Made by a program: the position numbers and the translations under genes
Assembly: GCA_041395165.1 (NCBI GenBank)
Contig: JAWLBA010000001.1
Span: forward strand, 200,068-264,067
Source: Verrucomicrobiia bacterium
GTDB taxonomy: Bacteria; Verrucomicrobiota; Verrucomicrobiia; JADLBR01; JAIBCM01
Direction: 5' to 3'
DNA: 64,000 nucleotides
Notes under the pieces: model-generated
Told to the model about the DNA's origin: nothing
Database searches by the model: none
The model's input: only the letters and a program-made list of their open reading frames with translations
Shown: positions 9,273 through 18,220 of the stretch, one piece after another
Layout of the letters: the number at the start of each line of letters is the position of its first letter
How positions within the stretch are numbered: the first letter of the stretch is position 1

Positions 9273-10529
9273 ATGTCGACATTCCTTTTGGAAGAGCTTT
9301 TTGCTCGAAAACAGTTTGGTGTAAAGCTGGGTTTGGAAACGATGCAGGTGTTGGCTTGTGAGATGGGAGAGCCGCAAAAGGATTTGAGGTTTATTCATAT
9401 TGCTGGGACAAATGGGAAGGGTTCTACGGCAGCGATGCTAGCAGCGATTTTGCAAAAGGCGGGGTATAAAGTGGGTCTTTTTACTTCGCCGCATTTGGTT
9501 TCGTTTGGGGAACGGATTCAGGTTGATGGAGTAAAACTTAGCGATGAAAAGCTCGTTGCGTTTTATGAAAAAATTCGATCTGCTATAGTGCGTGTGGAAA
9601 GTGATCCACATTTGCATGTGCCGACTTTTTTTGAGATAACAACACTCTTGGGTTTGTTGGTTTTTCAGGAAGCCAAGGTGGATTGGGTGGTTTGGGAAAC
9701 GGGAATGGGTGGCCGGTTGGATGCGACGAATATTGTGATGCCGCATTTGTCGATTATAACGTCGATTTCTTGGGATCATCAGCAATGGCTAGGATCGACT
9801 CTGGAGCAAATTGCAGGCGAAAAAGCAGGCATTATTAAATCTCAGGTACCAGTGGTAAGCGCAAATCAAGTGGAGGAAGTCCGAAAAGTTATTATTGCAA
9901 CTGCGGAGGAAAAAAATTCGCGTTATGCTTTTGTGGATGAGGCAAAAATTATTTTGAAAGAAGAATCGCTATTGGGACAACGGTTTGTTTATCGAGGCAG
10001 TTCTTATTTTTTAAAATTGTTGGGAGATCACCAAAGGCAGAATGCTGCATCGGTTTTGGAGGCTATCAATGAGTTGCGGGAACAGGGTGTTACGGTTTCT
10101 CAAGAAGCGGTGAAACTAGGGTTGAGCACAGTAATTTGGCCGGCACGATTTCAAATTTTGCGTGAGAAGCCTTTGACGATTTTGGATGGTGCTCATAATG
10201 AGGCGGGGGTGGAGGCGTTGGTAAGGCAGTATAGTTCATTATTTGGCGAAAATAAAATTAATCTCATTTTTGGTATGTTATCAGATAAAAATATTGAAGC
10301 GGTAGTGAATCGTTTGTTACCGATTGTAAAAAAAGTGGGTCTGGTTATGCCTAAGAGCTCTCGTGCATTGCAACCGAAAGTTGTGGCTTCTTATTTTGCT
10401 GTTCATTATGGTCAGACACAAATTTTTTCTGATTTTCAGGATGCTTGGGATGTTTTTCAAAGCGAGCCAGTTCTTATTACGGGTTCGCTTTATTTGGCGG
10501 GCGAGGTTTTGAGTTGCTTGAAAACATGA
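9273..10529 (+). CDS. folC: Bifunctional folylpolyglutamate synthase / dihydrofolate synthase
   Basis: Mur-ligase family P-loop HIAGTNGKGST. Length 418 aa, typical FolC architecture. Confidence 0.85.
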   Translation: MSTFLLEELFARKQFGVKLGLETMQVLACEMGEPQKDLRFIHIAGTNGKGSTAAMLAAILQKAGYKVGLFTSPHLVSFGERIQVDGVKLSDEKLVAFYEKIRSAIVRVESDPHLHVPTFFEITTLLGLLVFQEAKVDWVVWETGMGGRLDATNIVMPHLSIITSISWDHQQWLGSTLEQIAGEKAGIIKSQVPVVSANQVEEVRKVIIATAEEKNSRYAFVDEAKIILKEESLLGQRFVYRGSSYFLKLLGDHQRQNAASVLEAINELREQGVTVSQEAVKLGLSTVIWPARFQILREKPLTILDGAHNEAGVEALVRQYSSLFGENKINLIFGMLSDKNIEAVVNRLLPIVKKVGLVMPKSSRALQPKVVASYFAVHYGQTQIFSDFQDAWDVFQSEPVLITGSLYLAGEVLSCLKT

Positions 10530-10586
10530 CTATAATTAGCTTGCTCCTTGGCCGACACTTTTTTAGTTTAACGTTTGCGATTTCAA

Positions 10587-10659
<73 letters not shown>

Positions 10660-10671
10660 GTTTCTTTAGAT

Positions 10672-11106
10672 ATGAGAGAGATTTTACCTCGCTTTCTTTT
10701 ATTTTTTGATGGGGAGTGTGGATTGTGTCATCGCGCTGTGCGGTTTTTTCTTTTGCAGGATAAGAATCGAGTTTTTTATTTTGCATCTTTACAGGGAGCA
10801 ACAGCGCATCAGGTCCGAGAAAGACACAAGAACGATTGGGATGAGGAATTGAAATCCATGGTTTTGGTTGAAGATTATGACACATCTCAAGAAAAAATTT
10901 ATCGGAAATCGCAAGCGGTAATAAGGGCGTTAGGTTTTTTGGGTGGTTTTTGGAGAATGATTTCTGGTTTGCTGAGAATGGTGCCTCGATGGGTGGCTGA
11001 CAGGGTTTACGATAAAATAGCCAAGAATCGTTATAACTGGTTTGAGGTAACGTCGGTTTGCGATCGAATAGTTGATGGAGTTTTAAAAGAACGTTTTTTG
11101 AGTTGA
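10672..11106 (+). CDS. DCC1-like thiol-disulfide oxidoreductase (DUF393 family)
   Basis: FFDGECGLCHRAVRF CxxC motif typical of the family. Start moved to the ATG at 10672 because the track ORF start overlaps the tRNA. Confidence 0.75.
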   Translation: MREILPRFLLFFDGECGLCHRAVRFFLLQDKNRVFYFASLQGATAHQVRERHKNDWDEELKSMVLVEDYDTSQEKIYRKSQAVIRALGFLGGFWRMISGLLRMVPRWVADRVYDKIAKNRYNWFEVTSVCDRIVDGVLKERFLS

Positions 11107-11218
11107 TGGTTTAGAATAAATAACTGATGAAAAGCTGGAATGGGAAATCCAAGCTAATTTAATCTGCTATTTGCAAAAAATCAGAAACTTGATAATAAAT
11201 GAAGCCTTAACTAACGAC

Positions 11219-11929
11219 TTAGACTTTCACAAGTGGTTTTGGTTTTTTTTTGAGGCGAATCCAATTACTCCACGTTTTTTTAAAAGCTTCTCTCACGGTA
11301 AGATAATTTTGTTTTAATTCGCTTTCTTGTTTGATTGCTTGAAGAATGCCAGAGACAGAAAAATCGTTGGTTTGATAAGTTCCATAAGCCGTGCCAACTG
11401 CTTCGGGATGATGCGCATCGCTCGCGGCAGTCATCGGCAAGCCTCTTTTTTTTGCGTAATCAAATGCGCGACGATTATAACGCTTAAAAGTGGTAGCAGC
11501 GTTAAATACTTCCAAGGCATCAAAATGCAATGTTTCCAGAACATTTTCTCGAATGCCTGCGCGAAAAAGATCGTAAGGGTGAGGAGGAACGGCTAACCCG
11601 CCTTTTTCATGAATCAATTTGATGGCTTCTTGAGGTGAAATGCCTTTTAGGTTATTAGGCAATGCAACACCCAGAGCCAGAAGATGCCCTTCCGAAGTGG
11701 TAATTTCCTGACCGGGCAAAATTAAGAAATCATCTACCGGATGCCCATCCGCTCGCATCAGGCCTTTTTGCAAGAGATAGTCAACACATTCACTGGTATT
11801 ATGATCGGTAATGGCAATGCCATTCAGGCCTTTGCTTTTAGCCACAGCGATAATCTCTTCAGGAACTGCCACACTATCGGCACTGAAGTGAGAATGGACA
11901 TGTAGGTCCAGCTTTAATTTTTTTATCAT
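11219..11929 (-). CDS. PHP-domain metal-dependent phosphoesterase
   Basis: LDLHVHSHFSADS N-terminal PHP motif, later ITDHNT and SDAHHPE histidine clusters. Confidence 0.75.
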   Translation of the reverse strand: MIKKLKLDLHVHSHFSADSVAVPEEIIAVAKSKGLNGIAITDHNTSECVDYLLQKGLMRADGHPVDDFLILPGQEITTSEGHLLALGVALPNNLKGISPQEAIKLIHEKGGLAVPPHPYDLFRAGIRENVLETLHFDALEVFNAATTFKRYNRRAFDYAKKRGLPMTAASDAHHPEAVGTAYGTYQTNDFSVSGILQAIKQESELKQNYLTVREAFKKTWSNWIRLKKKPKPLVKV

Positions 11930-12013
11930 GAACTGAAAAAAGTATACTTAAAAACTGGTTTTGGACAAAAGTTTTTGTCGAAAGCTGGCGCTAAACAATA
12001 AGCGTAGCATTTT

Positions 12014-13666
12014 TTAGGAATTAAATTTCAAAGCAATGCCTTGATCCCCAATTTTACTGAGCGATAAATTTGCTAACACAGGATAAGTTGCTGCCATGGT
12101 TTTAAAAACTTCGTCGATCGAAGAAAACGATGCGCCACCTAAATGAGTGATAAGCTGGTTCAAAATTTCCCAATCTTCCTTGGCACTGCCCGCTGTTGCA
12201 ATCGCTTTATTGAGTCTTTGCAAGCGACCTTTGACATTAATCATCGAACCCCGCTTTTCGGCAAATCCTGCACCAGGTAGAATAAAACGGGAAATATTAG
12301 TCATTTCATTTGATAAAAGACTTAAGCTGATTAAAGACTCGATTTTATTTAAATTTTCAACAGAAATTCCAAGTATTGTTAAATCTTCATGCAAAGCCAG
12401 CACGACTCGATATTTACCCGACGCGATTCCTTGGCGCAAAGTTTCCAGTTTTTCGCCTTTTTGCGAAACGCCAAGTAATTGAGCCCCTTGAGAATTTGGA
12501 TTGCCATCATCACACACCAAAAGGTGATCCGCCTTTTGAGGTCGCGGTAATACATCCAACAAAACTGCATCACCGCCTAACTGTTTTTGTAACTGCTTTA
12601 CCAAAAACAACTCTTCATTGGTCATTCGCGCAGAAGCCAAAATCGCAATTTCAGATGGAGAAACATTTTTGAAACTATTGGCTGCTTGCGATAGAACATC
12701 CTCCCAATCTGTTGGAAATAAATCCTGTTTCACGCGAACCTGAGGTTGAGTTAAACGTTTTCCGTCATTCAAATAATGAAAATTTAATCGACCATAATCG
12801 CACATCCAACATTCATTTACCGCTTCATTGTCGCGCGGCGTTTGGCGATGCACCACATTTTCTCGAGAACCAATAATCGTGTTGCAACCCGTTCCGCAAC
12901 TGGTACAAATGCTGGGCGTCTCTTTCAAAAACCAAACCCGCATTTTGAATCGAAAATCCTTACTGGTCAACGCGCCCACAGGACAAATATCTACTGTGTT
13001 GAGCGAGTAATTATTGTTAAACGGTTTATCGGGATGCGCAGTAAGCACCGTGTGACTGCCGCGCGAAACAAAACCCAGACAATCATCTTTGGCAACATCA
13101 CGTGTAAAACGAATGCATCGCGAACAAAGAATGCACCGTTCATCATCCAAAACAATGCGTTCACCCAAATCTACACGCTTCGGTTTCTTAACTTTATTTT
13201 CGACAAATCGACTTTTTTCGCCACCAAACTCTACAGAAAATTCTTGCAACTGGCATTCTCCCGCTTGGTCGCAGATCGGACAATCAAGCGGATGATTAAT
13301 CAATAAAAACTCCATCACGCCTTTGCGACATTCTTCAATCAGCGGACTTGTCGTGCGAAACGCCATGCCCTCCGCGGCATTCGTCGCACAACCAATTTGC
13401 GGCCGCGGCATCCAAGCAATTTCCGGTCGGCCATCGGTACCCAGAATCGGTTTTCGATCTGGCCCCATCTTAGGTGTGCCCATTTCGATCAAACACATCC
13501 GACAATTTCCCACCACTTGCAATTTTGGATGATAACAATAATGCGGAATCAACTTCCCAAACGCTTTCGCCGCTTCAATCGCATTCATGCCCTTGGGCAC
13601 TTGCACCCATTGGCCATCCAGTTGGATGTTTACAAGTTCTTTAGTAGTTTCGGTTGGAGCGATCAT
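12014..13666 (-). CDS. nuoG: NADH-quinone oxidoreductase subunit G (short, 550-aa form)
   Basis: N-terminal 2Fe-2S ferredoxin fold (CYHPKLQVVGNCRMC), HPLDCPICDQAGEC and CILCSRCIRF 4Fe-4S motifs, and a reduced molybdopterin-like C-terminal region. Confidence 0.85.
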   Translation of the reverse strand: MIAPTETTKELVNIQLDGQWVQVPKGMNAIEAAKAFGKLIPHYCYHPKLQVVGNCRMCLIEMGTPKMGPDRKPILGTDGRPEIAWMPRPQIGCATNAAEGMAFRTTSPLIEECRKGVMEFLLINHPLDCPICDQAGECQLQEFSVEFGGEKSRFVENKVKKPKRVDLGERIVLDDERCILCSRCIRFTRDVAKDDCLGFVSRGSHTVLTAHPDKPFNNNYSLNTVDICPVGALTSKDFRFKMRVWFLKETPSICTSCGTGCNTIIGSRENVVHRQTPRDNEAVNECWMCDYGRLNFHYLNDGKRLTQPQVRVKQDLFPTDWEDVLSQAANSFKNVSPSEIAILASARMTNEELFLVKQLQKQLGGDAVLLDVLPRPQKADHLLVCDDGNPNSQGAQLLGVSQKGEKLETLRQGIASGKYRVVLALHEDLTILGISVENLNKIESLISLSLLSNEMTNISRFILPGAGFAEKRGSMINVKGRLQRLNKAIATAGSAKEDWEILNQLITHLGGASFSSIDEVFKTMAATYPVLANLSLSKIGDQGIALKFNS

Positions 13667-13669
13667 AAA

Positions 13670-15043
13670 TCAAGCAGCAGTTCGAATCGGTTCCGATGAA
13701 GTTTCAGGTTTCGCTTTGTTTTCAAATTCTTCAGGAAATTTCGCAATAAAACTTTGAGTTGGCCAGGAACAAGCCTCGCCAAAAGCGCAAATGGTTCGGC
13801 CTGCAATGTTGTCAGCGACATTTTTAAGTAAGCCCAAATCTTCCTTGCGAGCGCCGCCGTGTGTCATGCGCGTGGTGATTTTTTTCATCCAGAGCGAACC
13901 TTCACGACACGGTGTGCATTGGCCACAGGATTCGTGAGCGTAAAATTCGTTAATATTTGCTAGTGCCTCGACCATGTCGCGTGTGTGATCCATCACAATC
14001 ACACCGCCAGAACCCGCCATGGAACCCGCCGCAGCCATGGTGTCAAAGTCCATTGGAATGTCGTTGATCGTGATAGATTTTTCTATTATCGATCCGTCTG
14101 CCTGTTTTTGTTTGATTTTGAATGTTTCATCCGCGCGCAAAACTTTAGCTGATGATCCGCCAGGAATAATCGCTTTGAGTTGATTGCCATTTTGAATGCC
14201 GCCACAGACGTCATAAATCAATTCGCCCAATGTAACTTTACCAACTTCAAATTCATAATAACCCGGTTTATTGACATCGCCACTCACACAAAGAATGCGC
14301 GTGCCGGTGTTGTTCGGCGTGCCGAGTTTGGTGTATTCTGCGCCGCCCATAGCCATGATATGTTTCACATGACAAAGTGTTTCAACGTTATTGACGATAG
14401 TTGGGCATTGATAAAGCCCTAACACCGCAGGAAAATAAGGGGGTTTAATGCGCGGGTAAGCACGCTTTCCTTCTAACGATTCAATGAGACCCGTTTCTTC
14501 ACCACAAATATAAGCGCCCGCGCCACGATGGACATAAATTTCCAACGAGTATTCGCTGCCTAAAATATTTTTGCCTAAAAAATTGCGTTTACGCGCCTCT
14601 TCGATGGCATGTTCCAATATTTTGGCTCCGTCTGGAAATTCGCCCCGAATATAAATGTAAGCAAGAGAAACACGATTGGCATAACACGAAATGAGCATGC
14701 CTTCCAAAAGTTGATGCGGATCTTTATAAATAATCTGACGATCTTTGAACGTGCCTGGCTCGGATTCATCCGCGTTACAAATCAAATAAACCGGTTTCGT
14801 GTTGGTAGGAGGAATAAAACTCCATTTTAATCCACAACCAAAACCCGCTCCGCCGCGTCCGCGCAAACCTGAAGCTTTTACTTCGTTGATAATATCGGCT
14901 TGTTTTAAGGTTAACGCTTTTTTAGCCGTTTCGTAACCGCCATGTTTTAAGTAGCAGTCAATATCAATCGTATAACCCGGTTGATCGATATGCTTAAAAA
15001 TTAATCTTTTTTCTTCTGCTGCCATATTAATTACATTTCGCAA
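13670..15043 (-). CDS. nuoF: NADH-quinone oxidoreductase subunit F
   Basis: [20 protein letters not shown] site and [13 protein letters not shown]3 cluster motif. Confidence 0.92.
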   Translation of the reverse strand: MRNVINMAAEEKRLIFKHIDQPGYTIDIDCYLKHGGYETAKKALTLKQADIINEVKASGLRGRGGAGFGCGLKWSFIPPTNTKPVYLICNADESEPGTFKDRQIIYKDPHQLLEGMLISCYANRVSLAYIYIRGEFPDGAKILEHAIEEARKRNFLGKNILGSEYSLEIYVHRGAGAYICGEETGLIESLEGKRAYPRIKPPYFPAVLGLYQCPTIVNNVETLCHVKHIMAMGGAEYTKLGTPNNTGTRILCVSGDVNKPGYYEFEVGKVTLGELIYDVCGGIQNGNQLKAIIPGGSSAKVLRADETFKIKQKQADGSIIEKSITINDIPMDFDTMAAAGSMAGSGGVIVMDHTRDMVEALANINEFYAHESCGQCTPCREGSLWMKKITTRMTHGGARKEDLGLLKNVADNIAGRTICAFGEACSWPTQSFIAKFPEEFENKAKPETSSEPIRTAA

Positions 15044-15515
15044 GAAGGGCGTTTACCTTTTCTTGAGAATCTACTTTCTCATGAAAATCGTCGTTAATCA
15101 TGCAAACGGGTGCCGTTCCGCAACTGGCTAAACATTCCACAAATTCCAAAGTATATTTCCCATCGGGCGAATGAATCGGCCCATGAGCATCGCCATCAAC
15201 TTGTAATGTTTTTTTAAAGCACTCGTGCAGTTCGTAGCCTCCACCCAGAGCGCAGGATAACGTGCGACAAACTTTGATGTGATATTTGCCAAAAGGTTTT
15301 TGGCGAAACATCGGATAAAAAGTTACTAACTCTAAAATCTGAATCGGTTGCAAACTCAACTTTTCCGCTATCCAATGAATGGCTTCGTCTGAAATATGGC
15401 CAAATTCTTCCTGCCAGAGATGCAAAAGAGGAAGCGAAGCGCTGCGCTTTGAAACGGGATAATGCGCGATCGTTTCATCCACTTTAGCTAAAAATTCAGG
15501 TCGAAATGGTGACAT
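15027..15515 (-). CDS. nuoE: NADH-quinone oxidoreductase subunit E
   Basis: Thioredoxin-like 2Fe-2S subunit with cysteines in CRTLSCALGG and CLASCGTAPV. Overlaps nuoF by 17 nt. Confidence 0.9.
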   Translation of the reverse strand: MSPFRPEFLAKVDETIAHYPVSKRSASLPLLHLWQEEFGHISDEAIHWIAEKLSLQPIQILELVTFYPMFRQKPFGKYHIKVCRTLSCALGGGYELHECFKKTLQVDGDAHGPIHSPDGKYTLEFVECLASCGTAPVCMINDDFHEKVDSQEKVNALLAKCN

Positions 15516-15529
15516 GTTTGATATCTGTT

Positions 15530-15802
15530 TTACAAACTTCCTTCTTTGGCAAAAACTTTACCATTCACAAATGAAATTTTTACTTCTTTATCCTTCTTTT
15601 GATAAAGGTAGGTAGTGCCTGTAACTCCGAGAAAACTGCCTGATTCCATTTTTGTGGGTTTGCCAAGAATTTTAATAACTTCTTCCTCGGTCTGATTATT
15701 TTGAATTTTTGCATAATTTTCAGAAGTTAATTTGGAGCAAGCTACCAAACTTAACATCATGACAACCGCACTTAAGGTAGTTAGTAATTTTGTATGTTTC
15801 AT
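15530..15802 (-). CDS. Small lipoprotein (BamE/SmpA-OmlA- or DUF3862-like fold suspected) embedded in the nuo operon
   Basis: Lipobox LSLVAC at residues 17-22. The ENYAKIQNNQTEEEVIKILGKP segment resembles small lipoprotein domains. 90 aa, same strand, gaps of 14 nt to nuoE and 18 nt to nuoD. Confidence 0.6.
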   Translation of the reverse strand: MKHTKLLTTLSAVVMMLSLVACSKLTSENYAKIQNNQTEEEVIKILGKPTKMESGSFLGVTGTTYLYQKKDKEVKISFVNGKVFAKEGSL

Positions 15803-15820
15803 AATTTTTAATATATAACC

Positions 15821-17065
15821 TTAACGATCGCATTCGCCCATCACAAAGTCTAAAGAACCTAAAATGGCCGAGACGTCACTAATCATATTGCCCGGAAGTA
15901 GTTTCGATAAGATACTTAAATTTACAAACGATGGTGCGCGAATTTTAAGGCGATAAGGCACACCGCCACCGCGACTGTTAATATAGAAGCCGAGTTCGCC
16001 TTTGGGATTTTCTGCTGCAAAATAAATTTCTCCAGGAGGTGCATTGGGGCCTTCTGTTACCACGATAAAATGATGAATCAACTCCTCCATTTTCGTGAGC
16101 ACTTTTTCTTTAGCAGGAAGTGCGCTTTTGTGGTTTTCCACATTGATAGGGCCTGAAGGCAGTTTTTTAATCACCTGCTGTAGAATTTTGATGCTTTCCC
16201 GAATCTCTTGCAACCGACAAAAATAGCGATCGTAACAATCGCCAACGGAGCCAATCGGCACATCAAACTCAAATTGTTCGTAACCCAGATAGGGTTGTTT
16301 TTTTCTTAAATCGAAATTGAATCCGGAAGCCCGCAAATTGGGTCCAGTTAAACCAAAATCAATGGCATCTTTTTTTGAAATTACGCCAATATCTTTCGTT
16401 CGATCCACAAAAATGCGATTGCGCGAAATTAATTTATCAATGTCGTCAATGCGCTTGGGAAGCTCATCAAGAAACTTTTTCAGTTCACCGATAAATCCGT
16501 CCGGCAAATCGCGTGTCATGCCGCCAATGCGCGTGTAGCTTGTGGTAAAGCGAGCGCCAGTTAATTTTTCAATTAGAGTGTAAAGTTTTTCGCGTTCGGT
16601 AAAGGTATAAAGAAAAATGGTCATTGCACCGCAATCCATTGCAAAAACGCCTACACCCAAAAGGTGCGAGGAAATCCGCGCTATTTCGCAGCAGATCAAG
16701 CGGATGGCTTGCCCACGTGGCGGCAAAGTCCAGTCTAACAATTTTTCCACTGCACAAGCGTAAGCCACATTATTGGATAGAGGAGCGATATAATCCAAGC
16801 GATCGGTGTAAGGCACGAATTGATTGTAATTCATGTTTTCAGCGATTTTTTCATCGCCGCGATGCAAAAAACCTATGTCAGGCACGGCTTTGGTGATCAC
16901 TTCTCCATCTAACTCTACCACTAATCGCAAAACTCCGTGTGTGCTGGGATGGGAGGGGCCCATATTCAAAATCAATCTTTCACCTTCGGGTGCGGTTTGG
17001 TTATAAGTTTCCGCATGAAGCGCGTAACGAGAAGCCAGATCGGAAGTTTCAAATGAAGTTTTCAT
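15821..17065 (-). CDS. nuoD: NADH-quinone oxidoreductase subunit D
   Basis: NMGPSHPSTHGVLRL motif and the typical C-terminus ...LGSLDFVMGECDR. Confidence 0.92.
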   Translation of the reverse strand: MKTSFETSDLASRYALHAETYNQTAPEGERLILNMGPSHPSTHGVLRLVVELDGEVITKAVPDIGFLHRGDEKIAENMNYNQFVPYTDRLDYIAPLSNNVAYACAVEKLLDWTLPPRGQAIRLICCEIARISSHLLGVGVFAMDCGAMTIFLYTFTEREKLYTLIEKLTGARFTTSYTRIGGMTRDLPDGFIGELKKFLDELPKRIDDIDKLISRNRIFVDRTKDIGVISKKDAIDFGLTGPNLRASGFNFDLRKKQPYLGYEQFEFDVPIGSVGDCYDRYFCRLQEIRESIKILQQVIKKLPSGPINVENHKSALPAKEKVLTKMEELIHHFIVVTEGPNAPPGEIYFAAENPKGELGFYINSRGGGVPYRLKIRAPSFVNLSILSKLLPGNMISDVSAILGSLDFVMGECDR

Positions 17066-17071
17066 GGGGAA

Positions 17072-17653
17072 TCAAGATTGAGGCAAAGGCGATTTCGAGC
17101 GGGGTTCTCGTTCTGAAGTGTGAGCGGCAGGTTCCGTAACAAAGGGCCCGCCTTCCATTGGGGCGGGTGCGGTAAAAGTACCATTAGGAATTTCACTGGA
17201 TAAGCCTTCCAGAGGAAAATCTTTGCGCAAAGGAAAATAAGGGTAACCATCCCACATTAAGATGCGGCGCAAATCGGGATGACCCGTAAATTGAATGCCC
17301 ATCATGTCGTAAATTTCGCGCTCGTGCCAATTGGCCGTGGCGTAAACCGTGGTGAGGGTAGGTAATTGAATATCCTCTTCGCTGACGACAGTTTTTACCC
17401 TGAGATAATAACCATTTTTATAGGAATAAAATTCGTAAACGATTTCATAGCGAGGTTCTTGCCCAAAGTTGTCGATACTCGAAATATCGACTAGATAATC
17501 GAAGCCGTGTTGCATTTTTAATTGCATAGCCAAATCTGCGATCCGGTTTTTATTGGTAAGAATCAATGTGGTTTCTCCACGAAATTCGGGCAGTAACGTA
17601 AGACAATCTGGAAATTGAGCGCTTAAAGTTTCTAAAACAGTTTTTAAGGTCAT
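17072..17653 (-). CDS. nuoC: NADH-quinone oxidoreductase subunit C
   Basis: ANWHEREIYDMMGIQFTGHPDLRRIL signature. Has a C-terminal extension of about 40 aa. Confidence 0.88.
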   Translation of the reverse strand: MTLKTVLETLSAQFPDCLTLLPEFRGETTLILTNKNRIADLAMQLKMQHGFDYLVDISSIDNFGQEPRYEIVYEFYSYKNGYYLRVKTVVSEEDIQLPTLTTVYATANWHEREIYDMMGIQFTGHPDLRRILMWDGYPYFPLRKDFPLEGLSSEIPNGTFTAPAPMEGGPFVTEPAAHTSEREPRSKSPLPQS

Positions 17654-17666
17654 GGATTTGAATCAG

Positions 17667-18179
17667 TTATTTTTTCTGAGCCAGAAAAGAACGTTCGGTT
17701 CCAATTTTACTTTGTAATCGCATGAGTCCGTCTAATAACGCCTCCGGTCGTGGAGGACACCCAGAAATATAAACATCCACAGGCAATAAACGATCGATGC
17801 CTTGCAAGACGGCATAGCTTCGATACATGCCACCCGAAGAAGCGCAAGCTCCCATAGCGATGACCCATTTGGGGTTAGGCATTTGATCGTAAATCCGTTT
17901 AACCGCAAGCGCCATTTTATAGGTTACCGTTCCAGCGACGACCAAAAGATCAGACTGGCGAGGCGAAAATCGCATGACTTCTGCGCCAAATCGAGAAATA
18001 TCAAATCGCGAAGAAGCCGCAGCCATTAATTCAATCGCGCAACAAGCCAAACCCATGGGCATGGGCCAAAGAGAATTTTTATGGATCCAGTTAATCGCGG
18101 CATCCATTGTGGTCATGACGACATTGCCTTCTATTTTGGAGTTGTAGCCGATAACCTGATTTTCTCGATTGTGAACCAT
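17667..18179 (-). CDS. nuoB: NADH-quinone oxidoreductase subunit B
   Basis: N2-cluster cysteines in [16 protein letters not shown] and SGCPPRPE. Confidence 0.92.
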   Translation of the reverse strand: MVHNRENQVIGYNSKIEGNVVMTTMDAAINWIHKNSLWPMPMGLACCAIELMAAASSRFDISRFGAEVMRFSPRQSDLLVVAGTVTYKMALAVKRIYDQMPNPKWVIAMGACASSGGMYRSYAVLQGIDRLLPVDVYISGCPPRPEALLDGLMRLQSKIGTERSFLAQKK

Positions 18180-18220
18180 GCTATGAACGTATCGCGTCAG
18201 CTTCGGCTTGCAAGTGGATT

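Noticed and set aside
11930-12013. Weak AT-rich hairpin (gacaaaagtttttgtc, about 11964-11979) as the nuoG terminator.
   Set aside because: The stem is 5-7 bp of mostly A-T pairs with a minimal loop and no convincing U-tract on the minus strand. Too weak to call.
12147-13699. Multiple 60-154-aa ORFs antisense to nuoG (for example 12147-12482, 12842-13306, 13397-13699). Similar antisense ORFs occur across the window inside nuoF, gspD, gspE, glgP, mfd and others.
   Set aside because: They lie fully inside strongly supported genes on the other strand, have low-complexity or odd composition, and carry no motifs. They are shadow ORFs.
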